NCBI GenBank assembly: GCA_021790385.1
Contig: JAJYDW010000004.1
Location: 36,193-100,192, forward strand
Direction: 5' to 3'
DNA length: 64,000 nucleotides
Source of the DNA: Planctomycetota bacterium
GTDB taxonomy: Bacteria; Planctomycetota; Phycisphaerae; WQYP01
The first letter of the stretch is position 1, and every line of letters begins with the position of its first letter. Below the pieces are notes generated by a model. That model was not told the DNA's origin. It saw nothing but the letters and a program-made list of their open reading frames with translations, and made no database searches. The position numbers were made by a program, and so were the translations under genes. This document shows, one piece after another, positions 56,370 to 64,000 of the stretch.

Positions 56370-56460
56370 TTGCAGGTGTTATCGCGATTTCCGCTTCGGC
56401 GCTGTATATTGATAGAAGAATGATGCTTGGGCAAGGTCGATAGGCCATGCTGGTAGTCCA

Positions 56461-56694
56461 ATGATAATGGAGAATGGTGGCATGAATTCGGAACTGCTGG
56501 AAATTCTGGTTTGTCCGCTCACGCGAAGCCGCCTGCGGTTGGAAGGTAATTATCTTGTTGCCGAGGTTGGTGGCCTGAAATACCCGATTCGCGATGAAAT
56601 TCCAGTGTTGCTTATTGATCAGGCGGAGTTACCGGAAGGCGTGAAATCGCTGGAAGAATTCAAAACAAAATTTAAAGATCAAATCCCCGCGTAA
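56461..56694 (+). CDS. Trm112/YcaR-like small protein (UPF0434 family)
   Basis: 'LLEILVCPLT...L.....L.........YPIRDEIPVLL' is the characteristic Trm112p-like fold signature. About 70 aa. Confidence 0.65.
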   Translation: MIMENGGMNSELLEILVCPLTRSRLRLEGNYLVAEVGGLKYPIRDEIPVLLIDQAELPEGVKSLEEFKTKFKDQIPA

Positions 56695-56997
56695 TGGCAG
56701 GAGCTTGCCGCAAAAAATCTCGGCCGCAAGCGATCTGCCATGGCTCACTTATGGATCACTCGAGCGCAGGTATGGAGCGGTCACACGGGTACTCTGGACA
56801 ATGATTTGGGCTTGGAAATTCAGCATAATCTGGGTGTTGGTGTCAACCTTTAACCCCAGTGGTGCAATCATTTGGTCCAAGGCTTGCAAAGAAAAAGCCA
56901 GGATGGGAAAATTGCTTGGCCAACGGTGGCAAGACAATGACTTTAAGATGGATAATTGATAATCATGAATAAAATAGAAGGAAAAGAGTTAAACAAT

Positions 56998-57567
56998 ATG
57001 AGTAACGGTTCGGCTGAGCCGACAGGTAGTATTCTTGTCGGCGACTTGGTAACGTCCTATGCAATCAGCAAGACCAAATCAGGCTATAAGATGCGCAACG
57101 GCGAAAGATTTAAAGTGTTAAGGCAAGCCATCGTGGCAGATGCCAAGGCGGGTGTGGATCGCGAGCAACTCGCTAAAAAATATGGCGTGGAATCCTCTTA
57201 TGTTTATGCCGTTTGCAAAAAATCAGGCATTGTGCTTAAAAAGATTCGTCCTATTCCCTTGGCCGAATGCTTACAAGCCCTGCGCTCAGATATGCGATTG
57301 GCGGACATAACCGCCAAATTACACGTGGATTACGCCAAACTCAAGGCTTTGGTGGATGAATATCACATTGATCGGCGACGTGCCCGACGGCAGACCAAGT
57401 CCTGGGAAGTAATTGATCTCCTGGCGAATACCACACTGACCATGGCTCAGATCGGTCAAAAAATGGGCGTATCGCGTCAAAGAGTGCATCAGATTTATCA
57501 ACGTGCCATAGTGGAGGGAACCCAATTTCCGCAACGGAAGAATTATCGGACATCGGTTAAAATTTAA
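56998..57567 (+). CDS. Small DNA-binding protein with three helix-turn-helix-like segments. It has low GC relative to its neighbours.
   Basis: HTH-like stretches 'VDREQLAKKYGVESSYVYAVCKK', 'MRLADITAKLHVDYAKLKALV' and a sigma-region-4-like 'TTLTMAQIGQKMGVSRQRVHQIYQRAI'. Gene GC is about 47%, against about 57% around it. The upstream 60 nt are AT-rich. Confidence 0.45.
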   Translation: MSNGSAEPTGSILVGDLVTSYAISKTKSGYKMRNGERFKVLRQAIVADAKAGVDREQLAKKYGVESSYVYAVCKKSGIVLKKIRPIPLAECLQALRSDMRLADITAKLHVDYAKLKALVDEYHIDRRRARRQTKSWEVIDLLANTTLTMAQIGQKMGVSRQRVHQIYQRAIVEGTQFPQRKNYRTSVKI

Positions 57568-57702
57568 CGGGTCACGAACCTGACAGTGTCGGCTTCGTCT
57601 TCGGGTTGCTTTCTCCGCCGGGCCGATCTACGATTACTTAGATGGAGTTTAGGCAATTTACCTTGCGTATACCTGCCGATATCCATTGAAGAGGTTGACT
57701 CC

Positions 57703-58212
57703 ATGAAATGTGATCGCTGCAATAAACCCGCCACCATCCACTTTACCGAGATTCGTGACGGAAAAAGTTTGGAATTGCATCTGTGTGGGGAGTGTGCGGC
57801 GAAATCCGGTTATGTGCAACAGGCTCATCTTACTATGAACGAGATGCTCAATGAGTTTGTCAAAGCCAAGGCCGGCATGTCCAATCGTGATGAGCTGGTG
57901 TGTCCTGACTGCGGCATGAAATGGCAGGAATTTAAGGATACGGGCTTGCTGGGGTGTCCGAAAGATTATGAGGTGTTTTCCGATCAATTGCGCGGTGTTA
58001 TTGAAAACGCCCAAAATGGTGCAACTCATCACACCGGTAAAACACCGGCTGCCACCATGGCCTTGGAAGATTCAGTTAAATTGCGCCAGGCTGAATTAAG
58101 TCGGCTAAAAAAAGACCTCACCCAAGCGCTGGAACGGGAATCGTATGAAGTGGCAGCCACGTTGCGTGATCAAATTAAAGCCCTCGAAGCGGCTTTGCCG
58201 CCAAGCCGTTAA
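57703..58212 (+). CDS. mcsA: McsA-like protein (zinc fingers plus UVR domain), activator of protein arginine kinase
   Basis: 'MKCDRCNKPATIHFTEIRDGKSLELHLCGECA' closely resembles the B. subtilis McsA N-terminus. A second 'CPDCGM' finger is present. C-terminal UVR motif 'EVAATLRDQIKALEAAL'. It lies directly upstream of mcsB. Confidence 0.7.
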   Translation: MKCDRCNKPATIHFTEIRDGKSLELHLCGECAAKSGYVQQAHLTMNEMLNEFVKAKAGMSNRDELVCPDCGMKWQEFKDTGLLGCPKDYEVFSDQLRGVIENAQNGATHHTGKTPAATMALEDSVKLRQAELSRLKKDLTQALERESYEVAATLRDQIKALEAALPPSR

Positions 58213-58263
58213 GACGGCATTGGGGAGCGGTGGTGTAATACCCATGCCCATCGGAGAACTTGG

Positions 58264-59331
58264 ATGAACCCGCAAATTCAAAAATTGCTCGGCAAAAATG
58301 GCGAGTGGCTGGCGTCAACAGGTCCCGAAAGCGCCGTAGTGGTCAGTTCACGGGTGCGTCTGGCTCGCAACCTTGCGGATTTTCCGTTCATGACCAAGGC
58401 CGGTCGATCGCAACGCGCCGAATTGCATCGCTTATGCCGCGAACAGTTGTTATCCATGACTTCGCCACGACCATTTTTTTATATTGACATGGAAAAGACC
58501 GATCAAGTTGATAGGCAACTGCTGGTCGAACGGCATTTAATCAGCAAACAACATGCTTCCGGTGACGGCAGCCGCGGCGTGGCTGTCAGCGATGATGAAG
58601 CCTTCAGTATTATGGTCAATGAAGAGGACCATATCCGGCTTCAAGTGATTCGATCGGGCCTGCAGTTACGCGAATGCTGGCGGGAGGCCGATACACTTGA
58701 TAACGCTCTGGGCCAGCACCTCCGCTATGCCTTCAGTGATCGCTTTGGCTTTTTAACTGCATGTCCAACCAACCTCGGAACTGGTATGCGAGTTTCGGTC
58801 ATGTTGCATCTGCCGGCCTTGAAGCTAGCCGGTGAAATTGAAAAGGTATTTGTCGCAGCCAAGGACATGCATTTGGCGGTCCGCGGACTTTTCGGGGAGG
58901 GCACTGAGGCCATCGGTGACTTTTACCAGATCAGCAATCAGACCACGCTTGGTCGTTCGGAAGAGGAGATACTGGCGGAATTTGTGGATGTCATCCTGCC
59001 GCGGCTTATCGCCGCGGAGCTTTCAGCGCGATCGGTGCTGGAACAGGAACGCCCCTTGATGTTGGACGACAAAATTGGCCGAGCTGTGGGATTGCTGCGC
59101 AATGCCCGCCTGTTGTCCAGCGAAGAAGCGTTGTTTGGCTTATCTCACCTGCGCCTGGGCGTGGCCATGGGTCGCGTTGCTAATTTGACCATGCCGACGA
59201 TTAACCGCATTTTCTTGACGACCCAACCAGGACACTTCCAGCGAACTCTTGGCCAGTCTCTGGATGGTGACGCCCGTAAAGCGGCACGGGCCAGCTATGT
59301 CCGCCAACTGATGACTCCTTCCGGGGGTTGA
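58264..59331 (+). CDS. mcsB: Protein arginine kinase McsB (ATP:guanido phosphotransferase family)
   Basis: Phosphagen-kinase active-site signature 'ACPTNLGTGMRVSVMLHLP'. 355 aa. RBS GGAGAA. Confidence 0.75.
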   Translation: MNPQIQKLLGKNGEWLASTGPESAVVVSSRVRLARNLADFPFMTKAGRSQRAELHRLCREQLLSMTSPRPFFYIDMEKTDQVDRQLLVERHLISKQHASGDGSRGVAVSDDEAFSIMVNEEDHIRLQVIRSGLQLRECWREADTLDNALGQHLRYAFSDRFGFLTACPTNLGTGMRVSVMLHLPALKLAGEIEKVFVAAKDMHLAVRGLFGEGTEAIGDFYQISNQTTLGRSEEEILAEFVDVILPRLIAAELSARSVLEQERPLMLDDKIGRAVGLLRNARLLSSEEALFGLSHLRLGVAMGRVANLTMPTINRIFLTTQPGHFQRTLGQSLDGDARKAARASYVRQLMTPSGG

Positions 59332-59429
59332 GGGCCTTCTGGTGTTCAGGCAGAGCACTATCCGCGGAAAAAGGTATATGATTCCAACGTTGCTCCGGTG
59401 CGGACGGAGGTTGTGAATGGTATCAGGGA

Positions 59430-62400
59430 ATGGCCACGATAAAACAGTCCCTTCCGGACTTTGTACACGATATCAGCAGCTCCCCGGTTGCCCAGGAAAT
59501 CGCCCGGCGCTTGTCAGGCCGCGAGCATGTTACGGCCACCGGACAGTGGGGATCCTGTGCGCTGGTTCTGGCGGCGGCGGTTGGCCACCGGCTGCGGTGC
59601 CCCATATTGGTTGTCATGGCCCATCTCGATGAAGCGGATGGTGCCGTGGACCAACTTCAGTTTTTCCGGCCAGAGGCCAGTACAGAGTTGTTCCCGGCAT
59701 GGGAAGTGCTGCCGGGGGAATCTAATCTTTCACAGGAACTCGCCGCGCAACGTCTGAAACTCCTGGCGGATTTAGCTGCTGCAGCCACTGGGAGCGGCCC
59801 GGTCGTGCCGGATTTTATTGTTGCTCCTATACAGGCCCTGATGCAGCCGTGCCCCAATCGTGACTTGCTTGCCGAGCTGCTTAGAATGGTTACTGTGCGG
59901 CAAAAATTAAATCGTGATGAACTTACGGCATGGATGACAGGCCATGGTTATATCCGCCTGGATTCAGTGGAAGACGCCGGCGATTTCGCCGTGCGCGGGG
60001 ATATTGTGGACGTTTGGCCGCCAGGCGCGGCTGCACCCGTGCGAATTTCCTTTCTGGATGATCTGGTGGAAACGCTGCATCAATTTGATCCGGAATCACT
60101 GGGACCAAAGGGAGAATTAGAATCCATAAAACTTACCGCTCTGGAAGAAAAAGCAGTGTGGCCCGCGGAGAAAACCACAACCCTGCAAAGCTATCTGCCC
60201 GCAGATGCCGCGGTCTGGATCGTGGAACCCGATGAAGTGCGGGAGCAGGGCAAAAGTTATTATGACCGTCTGGAAAATGCCCGCGGCATTTACCCGGTCA
60301 GCGCGGTATTCAGGCATGCTCAGAACTTCGCAGGGGCTGAAATTCACCAGTTTGGCCACGAGGGTAAAGATGCCGTTCATCTGCCATGTGGATCGGTTGA
60401 AGAATTTGATACGAATCCCGACGCTGCACTTCAGGCACTCTCCGACCTGTCGCAAAACCATCGGGTGTTCGTGGTGTGTCAGAATGGATCAGAACTCAGC
60501 CGACTGAAAGATCTTCTGGAGGTCAAACATCCGCAGTGCCGGGACAAAGTCTCCCTGATGATCGGCGAATTGGGTATGGGCTTTCGCTGGAAAGGCTCGC
60601 TGGCGGCACCGGCTGGTGTTGATGAAGCTCCCTCATCACCTCTGACCACAGCCAGCCAGCGTGCCACGATTCTACAGCCGGGTGTGGCTTCCATAGTGGT
60701 GGTTGCCAATCACGAAATCTTTCACCGCCATCACCAGAAGCGTCGCGAATTAGCCACCTCGGAAACTCATTCCATTGAAAACTTTCGCAGTCTGCAGGAA
60801 GGCGATTATGTGGTGCATGTACAGCATGGAATCGCTCGATACGCAGGCATGACCACTATTAACCGCAGTGGCAGCGCGGAAGAATATGTCACGCTGCTAT
60901 TTGCCGGCGACAAATCGCTGCACGTGCCCGTTTCACAGATTCATCTGGTGCAGCAGTATGTAGGCATGGGACAGGGGCGGCCACAATTATCCGTTCTGGG
61001 TTCTGGTACGTGGGCGAAGCGGAAGGAGAAAGTGTCTGAATCGGTGGAACAGTTGGCGGCGGACATGCTGGAGGTGCAGGCGGCGCGGGAGCAATTTCCG
61101 GGCACCGCCTATCCGGTGGATACGCCATGGATGAAAGAGTTTGAAAATGCCTTTCCCTACCAGCCCACGGAAGATCAGCTTCGCTGTATGATCGAGATTG
61201 GCGCGGATCTGCAAAAAAGTCGGCCCATGGATCGTCTTTTGTGCGGGGATGTGGGATACGGCAAGACGGAACTGGCGATACGGTCCGCATTTAAGGTGGC
61301 GGAATTCGGACGGCAGGTGGCGGTGCTTGCTCCCACCACCATTCTCGTTGAACAGCATGAAAAAACCTTCCGCCAGCGAATGGCCGGTTATCCGTTTGTG
61401 GTGGAAAGTGTTTCGCGGTTCAAAAATACGGGACAGATTCGCGATATTGTGGCCCGCACGGCCAAGGGCCAGGTGGATGTGCTCATTGGCACGCACCGAC
61501 TGTTAAGCCAGGATGTGCGTTTTAAGAATCTGGGATTGGTGGTAATAGATGAGGAGCAGCGTTTCGGAGTAGATCACAAGGAGCACCTCAAGCGTTTGCG
61601 TACGGAAGTGGATGTTCTCACCATGACCGCCACGCCAATTCCGCGTACGCTGCACATGAGCCTGCTGGGTATACGGGACATCTCCAACCTGGCCACGCCG
61701 CCACGTGATCGGCGCAGCGTAGTTACAGAGGTAATCAGTTTTGATAAGCCGCGTATCAAGCAGGCTATTGAGCGCGAACTGGCCCGGGATGGGCAAATTT
61801 ATTTTGTGCACAATCGGATATGGAACATCCAGGAGATTGCCGATCGTCTGCGGCAGTTAGTGCCGGATGCGCGCATTGTCATCGGTCATGGTCAAATGCC
61901 TGATGGCGAACTCGAGGAAGTGATGCACAAATTTTATCGGCACGAAGCGGATATTCTGGTATCCACTACCATCATCGAAAGTGGACTGGATATTGCCTGT
62001 GCCAACACCATTTTTGTCCATGAGGCTGACAATTTCGGATTAAGCGATTTACACCAGTTGCGGGGACGGGTGGGGAGGTCTCGGCATCGGGCCTATTGCT
62101 ATCTGATTCTAAGCCCGGATAAACTGCTTAGTGAAAAAGCTTCTCGTCGGCTCAAGGCGATGGAGGAATATACCTCGTTGGGAGCAGGCTTTAAAATTGC
62201 CCTGCGCGACCTGGAAATTCGTGGTGCCGGAAATTTATTGGGCGACGAACAGTCCGGCCATATTGCCGCAGTTGGATACGAGCTTTACTGCCAACTTTTG
62301 GAAGAAGCGGTGAAGCGTCTCAAACGTCAGCCAATTAAAAAGCCGCTGGAAGTGAATCTGGAAATCGGCATTTCCGGTACGTTGCCGCGCAGCTATATTT

Positions 62401-62786
62401 CCAGTGAAAAGCAGCGGATGGACTTGTACCGGCGCCTGGTCCGCTGCGATGATCCAGAATCGCTGGAAACTTTCCGTACGGATATCACTGACGCTTTCGG
62501 GCCGATTCCTCCATCGGCGGCGACGCTTTTTGACCTGGCGGAATTGCGTATTCTGGCGAGGGTGTGGGGAATCAACAGCATGATTGCCAGGCCACCGGAT
62601 GTCATCTTTACGCTCGAGGATATGGCCATGCTCGGACCGCTGTTGAGTAAATCACCCGGCAGTGTGCGCGCGGTGGATGAAAAAACAATTCATCTCCGCT
62701 TACCGCCCAATTTTTTCCAGGGGCCGACGCTTTTGACTGTGCTGCGGCAACTCTTGTTGCGGCAACCAGGTGCATCGGCCGGATGA
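59430..62786 (+). CDS. mfd: Transcription-repair coupling factor
   Basis: 1118 aa. Central superfamily-2 helicase motifs 'LLCGDVGYGKTE', 'VIDEEQRFGV', 'LTMTATPIPRTL' and 'QLRGRVGRS'. UvrB-homology N-terminus. TRG/CarD-like region. Confidence 0.9.
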   Translation: MATIKQSLPDFVHDISSSPVAQEIARRLSGREHVTATGQWGSCALVLAAAVGHRLRCPILVVMAHLDEADGAVDQLQFFRPEASTELFPAWEVLPGESNLSQELAAQRLKLLADLAAAATGSGPVVPDFIVAPIQALMQPCPNRDLLAELLRMVTVRQKLNRDELTAWMTGHGYIRLDSVEDAGDFAVRGDIVDVWPPGAAAPVRISFLDDLVETLHQFDPESLGPKGELESIKLTALEEKAVWPAEKTTTLQSYLPADAAVWIVEPDEVREQGKSYYDRLENARGIYPVSAVFRHAQNFAGAEIHQFGHEGKDAVHLPCGSVEEFDTNPDAALQALSDLSQNHRVFVVCQNGSELSRLKDLLEVKHPQCRDKVSLMIGELGMGFRWKGSLAAPAGVDEAPSSPLTTASQRATILQPGVASIVVVANHEIFHRHHQKRRELATSETHSIENFRSLQEGDYVVHVQHGIARYAGMTTINRSGSAEEYVTLLFAGDKSLHVPVSQIHLVQQYVGMGQGRPQLSVLGSGTWAKRKEKVSESVEQLAADMLEVQAAREQFPGTAYPVDTPWMKEFENAFPYQPTEDQLRCMIEIGADLQKSRPMDRLLCGDVGYGKTELAIRSAFKVAEFGRQVAVLAPTTILVEQHEKTFRQRMAGYPFVVESVSRFKNTGQIRDIVARTAKGQVDVLIGTHRLLSQDVRFKNLGLVVIDEEQRFGVDHKEHLKRLRTEVDVLTMTATPIPRTLHMSLLGIRDISNLATPPRDRRSVVTEVISFDKPRIKQAIERELARDGQIYFVHNRIWNIQEIADRLRQLVPDARIVIGHGQMPDGELEEVMHKFYRHEADILVSTTIIESGLDIACANTIFVHEADNFGLSDLHQLRGRVGRSRHRAYCYLILSPDKLLSEKASRRLKAMEEYTSLGAGFKIALRDLEIRGAGNLLGDEQSGHIAAVGYELYCQLLEEAVKRLKRQPIKKPLEVNLEIGISGTLPRSYISSEKQRMDLYRRLVRCDDPESLETFRTDITDAFGPIPPSAATLFDLAELRILARVWGINSMIARPPDVIFTLEDMAMLGPLLSKSPGSVRAVDEKTIHLRLPPNFFQGPTLLTVLRQLLLRQPGASAG

Positions 62787-62865
62787 AGGTGGTTGGCTTT
62801 CCAAGTGCGTCAAGCTGGATATGATGGTCATTGTCGGTGAGGCTGGTGGGTGGCTGGATCAACAC

Positions 62866-63759
62866 ATGAGTATGAAAGTTCTGGTAACAGGTGCGGCGGG
62901 TCGGCTTGGCCGTTATTGTGTGGCGGATCTTATCGCAAGCGGCATTGAGGTCGTTGCTACCGATCGCCGGAATAATGATTCGAATAACCCTCCGGTCAAT
63001 ATTGTTAATCTGCTGGATACAGCCGCCATCGCCGGCCTGATGAAGGGTATCCAGGCAGTGGTGCATCTGGGCAATCATCCCGGCTTGCTCCCCGATGCCA
63101 AGGACCGGATTTTTCAGGAAAACACCGCCATGAACATGAACGTGTTTCAGGCGGCGCTGAATCACGGCGTTAGGAAAATTGTTTTTGCCAGCTCCATTCA
63201 AGTCATCGCCAGCGAAACCCTTGAATTCACTCCGGCCTGCCCTCCACCCCATGTTTGCTACCTTCCACTGGATAGTGACTCGCCGGCCCAACCTGCCAAT
63301 GCTTACGCCTTAAGCAAATGGATCGGAGAAACCATGTTGCGTGATTATTTCGTGCCGGCCGGAATGGAAGCGGTGGCGTTGCGGTTTCCGGCGCTGGTTA
63401 ATGCAGCCCGGCTGGCACGTGTGCGACAGTACAACAAAGAAGTTGTAGTACGAGCAGGCGTTGTGCCCACGCGGGTTTCTCAGTGCTTCGGAGCGCTGAT
63501 GTACGAGGACGCAGCGAGATTGATGACCCGGCTGCTATCTGTTCCGACGCCTGGATACCGCGTGTATTTGCCGGCGGTAACCGTGCCGCCCATCAACAAT
63601 ATGTCGGAATTAATTCATACTTATTATCCAGGCGTGCCACTACGCCTCCCTCTGGAGGCGATGCGCAATCTGATTGATCTCTCGCGGATGGAAAAAGAAA
63701 TCGGCTGGAGGCCGCTGGACCTCATGCAAGAACCTCCGATAGAATCAGTCCTTACTTAA
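62866..63759 (+). CDS. NAD-dependent epimerase/dehydratase (extended SDR) family protein
   Basis: 'MKVLVTGAAGRLGRY' Rossmann motif. 'YALSK' catalytic YxxxK. Confidence 0.65.
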   Translation: MSMKVLVTGAAGRLGRYCVADLIASGIEVVATDRRNNDSNNPPVNIVNLLDTAAIAGLMKGIQAVVHLGNHPGLLPDAKDRIFQENTAMNMNVFQAALNHGVRKIVFASSIQVIASETLEFTPACPPPHVCYLPLDSDSPAQPANAYALSKWIGETMLRDYFVPAGMEAVALRFPALVNAARLARVRQYNKEVVVRAGVVPTRVSQCFGALMYEDAARLMTRLLSVPTPGYRVYLPAVTVPPINNMSELIHTYYPGVPLRLPLEAMRNLIDLSRMEKEIGWRPLDLMQEPPIESVLT

Positions 63760-63768
63760 AAGGAAACC

Positions 63769-64000
63769 ATGATGCCCACCATCCGTAACATCCGTGTGAT
63801 TCATACTGCACCGGCCGGCGCGAACCTCACCGTTGTACGTGTAGAGACAGATGCCCCAGGTCTGTATGGGTGGGGCTGTGCCACCTTTACCCAGCGCTAT
63901 CTGGCTGTGGGCGCGGCGATTGAATTTCATCTTAAACCGCTGCTGCTGGGCCGCGACGCGGCCCGCATTGAAGATCTCTGGCAATTGATGATGGTCAACG
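63769..64000 (+). CDS. Enolase-superfamily protein (mandelate racemase/D-mannonate dehydratase-like), N-terminal fragment. It runs off the window.
   Basis: 'MMPTIRNIRVIHTAPAGANLTVVRVETDAPGLYGWGCATFTQR' matches the N-terminal capping domain of the MR/MLE family. It is open to the window end. Confidence 0.5.
   Translation, partial: MMPTIRNIRVIHTAPAGANLTVVRVETDAPGLYGWGCATFTQRYLAVGAAIEFHLKPLLLGRDAARIEDLWQLMMVN

Noticed and set aside
56705-56959. 84-aa ORF between the Trm112-like gene and the HTH gene
   Set aside because: It has no RBS and no recognisable features, and it partly overlaps the AT-rich upstream region of the next gene. It is probably non-coding.
62608-63291. 227-aa minus-strand ORF overlapping the mfd 3' end and the epimerase gene
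   Set aside because: It is antisense to two well-supported genes. This is the shadow-ORF pattern.

Overview
This 64-kb window looks like a chromosomal segment from a high-GC (about 55-58%) member of the PVC group (Verrucomicrobia/Planctomycetes-like). The evidence is PEP-CTERM anchored proteins with PATR-type beta-strand repeats, a prepilin-N-terminus/H-X9-DG (DUF1559) protein, several Gfo/Idh/MocA oxidoreductases and a planctomycete-style Ser/Thr kinase. Most of the window is housekeeping. Recognisable genes are prfC, polA, galK, trpD, a heat-shock cluster groEL(GGM tail)-groES-groEL-dnaJ-grpE, yacG, holB, ppdK, topA and mfd. There is also a McsA/McsB protein-arginine-kinase pair and one tRNA-Pro(GGG). 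No rRNA, CRISPR array, transposase or integrase was seen. The points most worth following up are: (1) a giant PATR/PEP-CTERM surface protein whose anchor domain is cut off by a single in-frame TAG; (2) two tandem paralogous sigma-70-family factors with very AT-rich leaders next to the tRNA; (3) an ECF sigma/anti-sigma operon with a recognisable ECF-type promoter; (4) G9/G10 homopolymer tracts in the divergent promoter region of topA and a UVR-domain protein; (5) the McsA/McsB module in a non-Firmicute context, next to a low-GC triple-HTH gene and mfd; (6) a ThuA-ThuB fusion protein. All functional calls are from motifs I recognise by eye. No database search was run.
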